IMG/VR virus record: IMGVR_UViG_2554235185_000004
Location: 1-8,139 of that record
DNA: 8,139 nt
Source: a virus
Lineage: Duplodnaviria; Heunggongvirae; Uroviricota; Caudoviricetes
Direction: 5' to 3' (one strand)
The notes under the pieces are model-generated. The model saw only the letters and a list, made by a program, of their open reading frames with translations. It had not been told where the DNA came from and searched no databases. The position numbers and the translations under genes were made by a program. How positions within the stretch are numbered: the stretch's first letter is position 1; each line of letters starts with the position of its first letter. Of this stretch, positions 1 to 6,590 are shown piece by piece.

Positions 1-722
1 GCGCAATGGTGTTGTGCTGGCACTGCGACAACCAGCTGCGCGACCAGACCTCCGAATCACTCGGGCAACTTGCTCACCAAAACCTGTCTGCATGGATGAT
101 TGACGTCATACGCCATGCAATGAATGGCTCGCAGGAACGGGAATTATCGCTGGCTGAATTATCCTGGTGGGCGGTCCGCAATCAGGTGGCGGACGCGCTA
201 CCGGAAGCGGTATTACGTCGTTCGCTGGGGTTGCGTGCGGAAAAAATCCGCTCAATGTACCGTGAAAGCGACATCGTACCGGGAGAGCAGACCGCCACCA
301 GCATACTGAAACAGCGCACAAAAAATCTTGCGCCGCTGCCTCACGCCCACCAGCAACAGAACCCACCACAGGAAAAGACGGTGGTCAGCATTGCCGTTGA
401 TCCGGAATCTCCGGCTCAGTATCTCCAGCGCCAGAAACCACAACGGGAAGAGATGCCTGTATACACGCGCTGGGTAAAAACGCAGAAATGCATGACGTGT
501 GGCAATCAGGCAGATGATCCGCATCACATCATTGGTCATGGACTGGGAGGGATGGGAACAAAGGCTGACGATTTGTTTGTTATTCCGCTGTGTCGTAAAT
601 GCCATAACGAACTACACGCCGGGGTAAAAGATTTTGAAGAAAAACACGGTAGTCAGTTGTTGTTGCTGATTCGTTTTTTAATGCACGCGAGAAATTCGGG
701 TGTTCTGAAGTGGAAAGCATAA
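1..722 (+). CDS. NinG/DUF968-like protein with a C-terminal HNH-type Cys/His (zinc-finger nuclease-like) motif; probably 5'-partial
   Basis: Reading frame is open from the window edge (first ATG at 6) to TAA at 720-722. C-terminal region has CxxC ... HH ... CxxCH ... H (CMTCGNQADDPHHIIGHG...CRKCHNELH), as in NinG/YdfU-type nin-region proteins. Sits immediately upstream of rusA, as in lambdoid nin regions. Confidence 0.6.
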   Translation, partial: AMVLCWHCDNQLRDQTSESLGQLAHQNLSAWMIDVIRHAMNGSQERELSLAELSWWAVRNQVADALPEAVLRRSLGLRAEKIRSMYRESDIVPGEQTATSILKQRTKNLAPLPHAHQQQNPPQEKTVVSIAVDPESPAQYLQRQKPQREEMPVYTRWVKTQKCMTCGNQADDPHHIIGHGLGGMGTKADDLFVIPLCRKCHNELHAGVKDFEEKHGSQLLLLIRFLMHARNSGVLKWKA

Positions 723-1091
723 ATGACCGAACGCATAGAATTTGTTTTGCCTTACTCGCCGACGGTGAACACTTACTGGCGACGCCGTGGCAGCACATAT
801 TTTGTATCAAAAGCCGGGGAGCGTTATCGCCGGGCAGTGGCGCTTATTGTTCGCCAGCAGCGACTGAAATTAAGCCTGTCCGGACGGCTGGCAATAAAAA
901 TTATTGCAGAGCCACCGGATAAGCGTCGTCGTGACCTGGACAATATTCTGAAAGCACCACTGGATGCGCTGACGCACGCGGGGTTGTTAATGGACGATGA
1001 GCAGTTTGATGAAATCAATATTGTACGTGGCCAGCCAGTATCTGGTGGACGGCTGGAGATAAGAATTACAGAGGTGGGTGTGCATGAATAA
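723..1091 (+). CDS. rusA: Crossover junction endodeoxyribonuclease RusA (Holliday junction resolvase)
   Basis: 122-aa ORF. Shares conserved blocks with remembered E. coli RusA (PDKRRRDLDNILKAPLDALTHAGLLMDDEQ and GGRLEIRITE versus [30 protein letters not shown] and GGRLELTITE). ATG directly follows the upstream stop (TAAATG), with GGAAAG upstream. Confidence 0.9.
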   Translation: MTERIEFVLPYSPTVNTYWRRRGSTYFVSKAGERYRRAVALIVRQQRLKLSLSGRLAIKIIAEPPDKRRRDLDNILKAPLDALTHAGLLMDDEQFDEINIVRGQPVSGGRLEIRITEVGVHE

Positions 1092-1773
1092 CCAGTATTT
1101 ACAGTTTGTTCGTGAGCAACTCATGATTGCCACTGCAGATCTCAGTGGGTCGACAAAATGCCAGCTGGAAGCCTGGCAGGAAAATGCCCTGTTCGATACA
1201 GGGCGTTACAGACGCAAAAAAATTCGTTACCGCGATGAGGTAACCGGAAAAATGATCACGCGGGATAATCCCCCGATCCAGGGTAAACAATCACTGGCGA
1301 AAGGCTCATCAATTGCGCTGGTCAGTCCTGTTGAGTTTGCAACATCATCGTGGCGGCGTGCTGTTCTGGAACTGGAAGAACATCAGAAGGCGTGGTTGTT
1401 GTGGTGTTATGGCGGAAACATTTGCTGGGAGCATCAGATCGCGATAACGCAGTGGGGGTGGAGTGAATTTAAAACTCAGTCCGGCTCCAGAAAAATTGCA
1501 GTGAAAACGCTGGAGCGTGTGAAGAAGTTGATCTGGCTGGCGGCACAGGATGTCAGAGGATGGGTTACCGGGTGTGAGGTCTACCAGAGACAGGAGCTTG
1601 CCAGACTGTGTGGAGTTAAGCCTGATAACTGGAGCCATAATTATGCGAACTACTGGCGTGAGATGTGCGATATTTTTAAGCGCCTCGATAGAGAATCCTT
1701 GATTTGCTCCGTGAAAATAAGAGCGCAACAAAAAGCGACCTTTTCACGACGAGATATTGCAAAAGTCAATTAA
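1084..1773 (+). CDS. Putative late-gene antitermination protein Q (assigned mainly by position)
   Basis: 229-aa ORF from ATG 1084 (GAGGTG Shine-Dalgarno at 1071-1076; an alternative GTG lies at 1078), overlapping the rusA stop. Lies between rusA and a promoter-plus-terminator pair that precedes the lysis genes. I could not match the sequence to a specific Q family by eye. Confidence 0.5.
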   Translation: MNNQYLQFVREQLMIATADLSGSTKCQLEAWQENALFDTGRYRRKKIRYRDEVTGKMITRDNPPIQGKQSLAKGSSIALVSPVEFATSSWRRAVLELEEHQKAWLLWCYGGNICWEHQIAITQWGWSEFKTQSGSRKIAVKTLERVKKLIWLAAQDVRGWVTGCEVYQRQELARLCGVKPDNWSHNYANYWREMCDIFKRLDRESLICSVKIRAQQKATFSRRDIAKVN

Positions 1774-1800
1774 ATCGCGTATGTTTCGTATAAATCTGAT
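1757..1800 (+). promoter_or_regulatory. Candidate late promoter (PR'-like) with tandem -10-like hexamers
   Basis: TTGCAA (1757-1762), 17-bp spacer, TATGTT (1780-1785), then a second -10-like TATAAA (1789-1794). Located directly after the putative Q stop and upstream of a strong terminator, as for lambda PR'/qut/tR'. Confidence 0.3.
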
Positions 1801-1834
1801 ATTTTGCCGATTTTGTACGTGATGGCAAAGTAAG

Positions 1835-1862
1835 AAAAAACCACCGCCAGGTGGTTTTTTTT
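1835..1862 (+). terminator. Intrinsic terminator (tR'-like) downstream of putative Q
   Basis: A6 then CCACC (1841-1845), loop GCCA, GGTGG (1850-1854), then T8 (1855-1862). A/T flanks make it potentially bidirectional. Confidence 0.7.
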
Positions 1863-2183
1863 ATGTCCGAAAATCGCGTCAGTACAGTAAACGCGCTGGT
1901 GGTTGCGAATACGGGTCTTTCAGCTTGCCGGCTTTTTCGACAAGAGTTATTGGTATGTCACGTTAACCGGAAAAGGGAAAAAGACATGCTAAAACAGCAG
2001 GATATGACAGAAGCCGCCAGAGTGGTGTTTAATGAATTAAGCGTTACCGACCCGGCGACAGTCAGGGAGATTGCACAGAATACTTACCTTTCACGCGAAC
2101 GCTGCCAGTTAATACTGACCCAGCTTGTTATGGCGGGTCTGGCAGACTATCAGTTTGGTTGTTACAGACACCTTCAGTCCTGA
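1863..2183 (+). CDS. Hypothetical small protein (moron candidate); alternative start ATG 1986 gives 65 aa
   Basis: ORF from ATG 1863 (106 aa), or from ATG 1986 with a purine-rich AAGGG Shine-Dalgarno. Its TGA stop is embedded in a hairpin followed by a T-run (2171-2197). No homolog recognised. Confidence 0.4.
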   Translation: MSENRVSTVNALVVANTGLSACRLFRQELLVCHVNRKREKDMLKQQDMTEAARVVFNELSVTDPATVREIAQNTYLSRERCQLILTQLVMAGLADYQFGCYRHLQS

Positions 2184-2197
2184 AGGCTTTTTTATTT
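2171..2197 (+). terminator. Intrinsic terminator at the end of the small gene
   Basis: CCTTCA (2171-2176), loop GTCC, TGAAGG (2181-2186), followed by CTTTTTTATTT. Confidence 0.55.
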
Positions 2198-2497
2198 GTG
2201 GTAAATGGGCGGCTGGTGGGTGTGGTGGTTGTTGCTTTCCCGTTGCTGAAAAAGAAAACGCCAGACTGTTAGCCGGGTATCAGTTAGCGGGAGAAATTTT
2301 TAAATACTTCACAATTCAGGCGGTTGACTGTTGTCTGGTTTGCGGGGAGTTTGTTAAAAGAAACTGGCATGGTGAATCCCCCTGTGCGGAGGGGCAATCA
2401 GCGAGTAGGTATATGGGATAATCGCGGATTCAGGTGCTGGTACTGAATTCACCGGGAGGCACCCGGCACCATGCAATGGCACATAGCGCCACTCTCC

Positions 2498-2526
2498 AGC
2501 CCCTCTCCGGAGGGGCTGTTTATATT
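2498..2526 (+). terminator. GC-rich perfect hairpin with downstream T-rich tract (terminator-like, + orientation)
   Basis: AGCCCCTC (2498-2505), loop TCCG, GAGGGGCT (2510-2517), followed by GTTTATATTGATTTTG. A smaller hairpin CCGGG/CCCGG lies at 2452-2466. Confidence 0.5.
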
Positions 2527-2552
2527 GATTTTGTCAGATGTGAGTAAACTCC

Positions 2553-2888
2553 TTATGGACTTTGTTGTTTTAGCCCATAAGGACATATTTGCAGAGTGCA
2601 ACGGTTATTAAAGCATTCATTCAATACGTTATCTGTATTTGTAGGGCATTCCTGGCTGTTTTTGATTAAATTCCAGAATGTTTTATTGAATGGTACTACG
2701 TTGTAAATGGTTACAGGTAGCACTTTGTTATTGAGCATGATACCTGTGTGAGTCAGTGTAAATATACTTTCAGGAGGTAAGAAAGCATCCGATTGATACC
2801 AGATTATTAATTTTATTTTACTCCATATGACTGAAAAAGATATTCCGCATGATGGCTGGATAACTGTATCAATCACAATCCACTTCAT
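2553..2888 (-). CDS. Hypothetical protein encoded in an AT-rich island
   Basis: 111-aa minus-strand ORF with a good Shine-Dalgarno (AAGGAAA about 4 nt upstream of ATG at 2888-2886). Lies inside a visibly AT-rich block (about 2530-3130) that contrasts with flanking phage DNA. No homolog recognised. Confidence 0.45.
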   Translation of the reverse strand: MKWIVIDTVIQPSCGISFSVIWSKIKLIIWYQSDAFLPPESIFTLTHTGIMLNNKVLPVTIYNVVPFNKTFWNLIKNSQECPTNTDNVLNECFNNRCTLQICPYGLKQQSP

Positions 2889-3148
2889 TTAGTTTCCTTG
2901 TTTATGCCTTGCTGGTGATGTTCTGAAAAGTATAAATGATATTTTTGATTGTAAACCATAGAGCAGAATTATTTTTCTGATGTTGTTTATTGTTTATTTA
3001 AATGCAGGGTGGTTTATATCTCGTCTTGTAGTTTATCCATGCATATCTGCTTGATGATGAGGTTTTTATTTAAGGTATGGTTTTGTGTTTTTTCTGTATT
3101 ACATGTCAGGTATTTTAAAGAATCATTTTTCAGATGGTGGAAAGAACC

Positions 3149-3337
3149 ATGGCATTTAAACACTATGATGTTGTCAGGGCGGCGTCGCCGTCAGATCTTG
3201 CGGAAAAGCTGACACATAAACTGAAAGAGGGCTGGCAGCCGTTTGGTAGTCCGGTGGCCATAACCCCTTATACCCTGATGCAGGCGATTGCAGCAGAAGG
3301 TGATGTGGTGGTCAGTGGTGCAACTGAGCCGGAGTGA
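3149..3337 (+). pseudogene. DUF1737-like small ORF, possibly the N-terminal remnant of a larger (nanS-p esterase-like) prophage gene
   Basis: 62-aa ORF from ATG 3149 (GGTGGAAAG upstream), MAFKHYDVVRAASPSDLAEKLTHKLKEGWQPFGSPVAITPYTLMQAIAAEGD. From memory this resembles the DUF1737 N-terminal domain of prophage 9-O-acetylesterase genes located before S in Stx-type phages. Downstream DNA (3337-3492) is open in other frames but not this one, consistent with a frameshifted or truncated remnant. Confidence 0.4.
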
Positions 3338-3580
3338 TACTACGTCATCGTACTGGCCCGGCATTCCAGGCCATAAAAGACGGTCTGGCAGTGGGACTAA
3401 ATGCACTGACGCTGACGGATATTACCAAAAATGCAACGTATGGCGTTGAGATAGAAAGTCTGGTGCTGGAGATAAATGCACCGGCATCATCATAAAAAGT
3501 GAGCCAGTCAAATGGAAGGTATCGTTAAACTCACCGGTAGTGTCAGTGGGTCGTCTGAGACGCCTGCATGAGTTATCAGA

Positions 3581-3612
3581 GCCATCAGTACTTAACTGGT
3601 GGCTTTTTTATT
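3581..3612 (+). terminator. Intrinsic terminator immediately upstream of the holin gene
   Basis: GCCATCAG (3581-3588), loop TACTTAA, CTGGTGGC (3596-3603; one G-U wobble), followed by TTTTTTATTG. Confidence 0.55.
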
Positions 3613-3644
3613 GTTGTCAGCTTCCGGATAACGGGAGACGGGGT

Positions 3645-3860
3645 ATGTACCAGATGGAAAAAATCACAACAGGTGTGTCATACACCACGTCAGCGGTGGG
3701 AACGGGCTACTGGTTCCTGCAGTTGCTGGACAGGGTTTCCCCGTCTCAGTGGGCGGCAATAGGCGTGCTGGGGAGTCTGCTGTTTGGGCTGCTGACATAT
3801 CTGACTAACCTGTATTTCAAAATCAAAGAGGACCGGCGTAAGGCGGCGCGGGGAGAGTAA
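3645..3860 (+). CDS. S: Class II holin, phage 21 S21-type pinholin (EssD-like), with dual-start motif
   Basis: 71 aa, [71 protein letters not shown]. Near-identical by memory to S21/EssD pinholins (two transmembrane domains, charged C-terminus). GGGAGA Shine-Dalgarno at 3633-3638. Met1 and Met4 give the dual-start arrangement. Confidence 0.9.
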   Translation: MYQMEKITTGVSYTTSAVGTGYWFLQLLDRVSPSQWAAIGVLGSLLFGLLTYLTNLYFKIKEDRRKAARGE

Positions 3861-3864
3861 AGTG

Positions 3865-4755
3865 ATGAATAAAAAATATGAACTGGTTGTTAAGGGGATA
3901 AATAATTACGGGGATAAGGTTACTGTTACTGTGAAGTCGGAAGGTGACGGGCAAGCGTCGCTGTTGTTGCCAGATGTGGCGATTAGTCTTGACCGTACTG
4001 AAGGTGCCACGCTGGAGTTTTACGAAGCTGAGGCGAAAAAGCAGGCGAAGCAGTTTTTCATGGATGTTGCTGCCGGGTTATGTGAATGGAACGAACCGTT
4101 GCCGGAAAAGCGCCCCGTAATTTTAGAGGCGCAGGATGTGTTGATAACCTACAAAGGAAAGCTACCGGGAAGAATTACTTGTTCTCTGAAGATGCCGCCG
4201 TCAACACTGCGGTCAGAAAAAGATGATGTTGAATCACGTATTGAAAAACTGGAGAGCTACGTCGTTGAGCTGAATAAGAAATGGTCGATATTGGTGCCTT
4301 CTGGCGATGAAAAGCAGTTTGCTGCGTTTGACGATTATTGTCGGAAAGTGATGAGCAGAAATCTCGCAGAGTGTTTCAGTATTCATAATGATAATTTCAG
4401 TGACCCGGAATGGGAGTGTAACCGGCCATCCTTTGTTGTATCCGGTGATGCTGGGAAAATAACCATCTCAGAAAATGGGAAAGTAACACCTCCATCGCAC
4501 CAGCACAGTGAGGAGCTCATTGAATTTGCCATTGATTACCTGAAGAACAATAAAAAGCAGGGGCTGATGAAGCGCGTTGGCCGTTGCATGGGATATCTTC
4601 AGGTAGCCGCTGAGATTGAAGCGCTGGCCAGTGGTGCTGATAAGGATGCAATTGTGCGGGAGGCTCTTCTTCGTGATTTTAATACTCCACCCTTTAAAAA
4701 AGTGCCGGCTTACTGGCTTCATCCGGGGCTGACTTATCTTAAAGTGCGTATTTAG
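3865..4755 (+). CDS. Hypothetical 296-aa soluble protein inserted between holin and endolysin (unknown function)
   Basis: Long ORF from ATG 3865 (GTG at 3862 also in frame), with GGGGAGAG Shine-Dalgarno lying in the 3' end of the holin gene and the start 5 nt after the holin stop (translational coupling). No signal peptide or transmembrane segment seen, and no motif I recognise. Confidence 0.75.
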   Translation: MNKKYELVVKGINNYGDKVTVTVKSEGDGQASLLLPDVAISLDRTEGATLEFYEAEAKKQAKQFFMDVAAGLCEWNEPLPEKRPVILEAQDVLITYKGKLPGRITCSLKMPPSTLRSEKDDVESRIEKLESYVVELNKKWSILVPSGDEKQFAAFDDYCRKVMSRNLAECFSIHNDNFSDPEWECNRPSFVVSGDAGKITISENGKVTPPSHQHSEELIEFAIDYLKNNKKQGLMKRVGRCMGYLQVAAEIEALASGADKDAIVREALLRDFNTPPFKKVPAYWLHPGLTYLKVRI

Positions 4756-4791
4756 TGGGCCAGGGACAGCGGCTGAATATTTAATATATCC

Positions 4792-5325
4792 ATGAACACC
4801 AAAATCAAATACGGCCTGTCGGCTGCCGTTCTGGCGCTGATTGCCGCTGGTGCGCCTGCGCCTGACATTCTCGACCAGTTTCTGGATGAAAAGGAAGGCA
4901 ACCACACCACGGCATACCGTGATGGTGCAGGTATCTGGACCATCTGCCGTGGTGCCATCATGGTGGATGGCAAACCTGTCGTTCCGGGCATGAAGTTGTC
5001 GAAGGAAAAATGCGACCAGGTTAACGCCATTGAGCGTGATAAAGCGCTGGCGTGGGTGGAGAAAAACATCAGAGTGCCGCTGACCGAACCCCAGAAAGCG
5101 GGGATCGCGTCATTCTGTCCGTACAACATTGGTCCCGGTAAGTGTTTCCCGTCGACGTTTTACAGACGAATTAATGCTGGTGATCGAAAAGGTGCCTGCG
5201 AAGCGATTCGCTGGTGGATTAAGGACGGTGGCAGAGACTGCCGTATTCGTTCAAACAACTGTTACGGTCAGGTATCCCGTCGTGACCAGGAGAGCGCGCT
5301 GGCGTGCTGGGGTATCGACAGATAA
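4792..5325 (+). CDS. R: SAR endolysin (phage lysozyme, T4/P22-type glycoside hydrolase family 24, R21-like)
   Basis: 177 aa. N-terminal Gly/Ala-rich weakly hydrophobic signal-anchor-release segment (KYGLSAAVLALIAAGAPAP). Catalytic E...D...T spacing (EGNHTTAYRDGAGIWTICRG) typical of P22/21-type lysozymes. A SAR endolysin is the expected partner of a pinholin. Confidence 0.9.
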   Translation: MNTKIKYGLSAAVLALIAAGAPAPDILDQFLDEKEGNHTTAYRDGAGIWTICRGAIMVDGKPVVPGMKLSKEKCDQVNAIERDKALAWVEKNIRVPLTEPQKAGIASFCPYNIGPGKCFPSTFYRRINAGDRKGACEAIRWWIKDGGRDCRIRSNNCYGQVSRRDQESALACWGIDR

Positions 5326-5481
5326 GCAGAATATTTTGCTGAAAAATGAGGAATGGCCACGCGGGCGGATAACACGAAATCCTGCGAACTGGCGAAACGT
5401 AAGTGAATAAAAGTAAAAACCCCGTTTGTTGGCACCAAGCGAGGTTTTGTGTTTCTGACCTTGAGTAAGGCAAGGGAGAAC

Positions 5482-5664
5482 ATGGCGAAGTGTAAACGAA
5501 TTCTGTTGAGGTTGACTATGAAAAATGGCCTTGAACTGAAAGCGCCTGTAACTGATGACATCAGCAGAGCACTGGCTTTTGCCATTAAGTGGGTGGCGGT
5601 CGGTGTTGCTGTGTCCCCGATGCTGTATGGGCTGGCAAAACTGGTCATTGCGTTGAAATCGTGA
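5482..5664 (+). CDS. Hypothetical small protein (60 aa) with hydrophobic C-terminal segment
   Basis: ATG 5482 preceded by AGGGAG (5473-5478). Sequence [60 protein letters not shown] has a basic N-terminus and a hydrophobic C-terminal stretch. Located between the endolysin and Rz. Confidence 0.4.
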   Translation: MAKCKRILLRLTMKNGLELKAPVTDDISRALAFAIKWVAVGVAVSPMLYGLAKLVIALKS

Positions 5665-5678
5665 AGGGAGGATTAAGC

Positions 5679-5810
5679 ATGTCAGACAAACTCATAACGC
5701 TGGCGAAGATCCTCTGTGTAATTGTCGGCATTTCATTTTCACTAATGCTGGTTGCTCTTTTTCTTTCCATGGCCTGGATGATGTTGTCTTCGTCGGGGTT
5801 GCTGGGGTGA
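5679..5810 (+). CDS. Hypothetical small single-pass membrane protein (43 aa)
   Basis: ATG 5679 preceded by a strong GGGAGG Shine-Dalgarno (5665-5670). [43 protein letters not shown] is almost entirely one transmembrane helix. Its TGA (5808-5810) overlaps a GTG at 5807 that begins the Rz frame (GTGA coupling). Confidence 0.45.
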   Translation: MSDKLITLAKILCVIVGISFSLMLVALFLSMAWMMLSSSGLLG

Positions 5811-6280
5811 ACATAAACCGAATGCTTTCCGCGTTTATCGTTATTCTGCTGGTGGCCTGTGGTGCGCTGTGGATGGCAACAGACCATTACCGTGATAACG
5901 CGATTACCTACAAAGCGCAGCGCGATAACAAAGCCAGTGAACTGAAGCTGGCGAACGCAACCATTACTGATATGCAGGTGCGCCAGCGCGATGTTGCTGC
6001 GCTCGATGCAAAATACTCGAGGGAATTAGCCGATGCGAGAGCTGAAAATGAAACTCTTCGCGCTGACGTTGCCGCTGGTCGTAAGCGCCTGCGGATCAAC
6101 GCCACCTGTCCAGGCTCCGTGCGTGAAGCCCCCACCACCTCCGGCGTGGATAATGCAACCGGCCCCCAACTGGCAGACACCGTTACACGGGATTATTTCA
6201 CCCTCAGAGAGCGGCTGATGACGATGCACAAGCAACTGGAAGGGGCACAGGACTATATCCGCACTCAGTGCCTGAAATAA
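5807..6280 (+). CDS. Rz: Rz, inner-membrane spanin subunit (i-spanin)
   Basis: Strong similarity by memory to RzpD (shared [44 protein letters not shown]). N-terminal transmembrane segment followed by a coiled-coil-like periplasmic domain. Start could be GTG 5807 or ATG 5822. Confidence 0.88.
   Translation: MNINRMLSAFIVILLVACGALWMATDHYRDNAITYKAQRDNKASELKLANATITDMQVRQRDVAALDAKYSRELADARAENETLRADVAAGRKRLRINATCPGSVREAPTTSGVDNATGPQLADTVTRDYFTLRERLMTMHKQLEGAQDYIRTQCLK
6033..6218 (+). CDS. Rz1: Rz1, outer-membrane lipoprotein spanin subunit (o-spanin), embedded in the +1 frame of Rz
   Basis: 61-aa ORF wholly inside Rz in another frame. Lipobox VVSAC, then a proline-rich mature region with [14 protein letters not shown], as in RzoD/Rz1. 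Alternative start at ATG 6048. Confidence 0.85.
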   Translation: MRELKMKLFALTLPLVVSACGSTPPVQAPCVKPPPPPAWIMQPAPNWQTPLHGIISPSESG

Positions 6281-6590
6281 GTTTTGTTGATGCGCCGTAT
6301 CGTCGCTATATTCCCTCATTAACAGAGACCGCAGCCCGACAGGGAGACTCCTCTGCGCGAGTGTGCGGGGATAATTAAAAACGATGCACACCGGGTTTTT
6401 ACCGCGTTAATGATTCGCGGGTTTATCCCGGTGCGATGGTGGAAGAAACAGGAAGCTGTATTACAGAAAGTGCTACTACTGTATCCCGATGCGATGTATG
6501 TAATGTGAGTCAGATAATGGCACAGGATGTGGTGATGTGGCAGTCTGGAACACAGGATATATTGTCAGAATAAGACCCGTAGGAATAAAA

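Noticed and set aside
106-605. Minus-strand ORFs 106-369 and 252-605 and + ORF 124-309 overlapping the first gene
   Set aside because: They lie entirely within the NinG/DUF968-like coding frame, with no ribosome-binding site and implausible composition; read as antisense or shadow ORFs.
580-1018. ORFs 580-810 (-), 710-922 (+), 824-1018 (-) around rusA
   Set aside because: They overlap the well-supported rusA frame; rusA is confirmed by remembered homology, so these are frame shadows.
1099-1731. Minus-strand ORFs 1099-1290 and 1345-1731 inside the putative Q gene
   Set aside because: Antisense to a coding frame that is consistent with operon context; no start signals.
2125-2421. 98-aa + ORF following the first small terminator
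   Set aside because: Begins at a non-ATG start inside the upstream gene, is Gly/Cys/Trp-rich (GGCGGCC), and starts before the terminator at 2171-2197; reads like non-coding GC-rich DNA.
2440-2530. Possible tRNA gene (Stx phages carry tRNAs between Q and S)
   Set aside because: The hairpins are present, but I could not find a T-loop GTTCRA motif or a cloverleaf arrangement by eye; treated as terminator hairpins. A tRNAscan run would settle it.
3009-3406. ORFs 3009-3212 (+) and 3191-3406 (-)
   Set aside because: The first is a low-complexity frame in the AT-rich island that overlaps the DUF1737-like start; the second is antisense to the DUF1737-like ORF.
1863-3640. Shiga toxin or other known toxin genes in the Q-S cargo slot
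   Set aside because: No ORF of the right size or with recognisable StxA/StxB features; the slot holds small unknown ORFs and a remnant instead.
3540-3644. N-terminal extension of the holin ORF (start at 3540)
   Set aside because: The extension runs through the 3581-3612 terminator hairpin and has no Shine-Dalgarno; the holin homology begins at ATG 3645, which has a GGGAGA site.
4468-5129. Minus-strand ORFs 4468-4905 and 4752-5129
   Set aside because: Antisense to the 296-aa gene and the endolysin; no support.
5129-5648. ORFs 5129-5410 (+), 5219-5473 (-), 5268-5648 (-)
   Set aside because: They overlap the endolysin 3' end or lie antisense to the small-ORF region; Arg/Pro-rich shadow frames.
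5645-6391. Minus-strand ORFs 5645-5887, 5908-6180, 6026-6391
   Set aside because: Antisense to Rz/Rz1, which are confirmed by homology.
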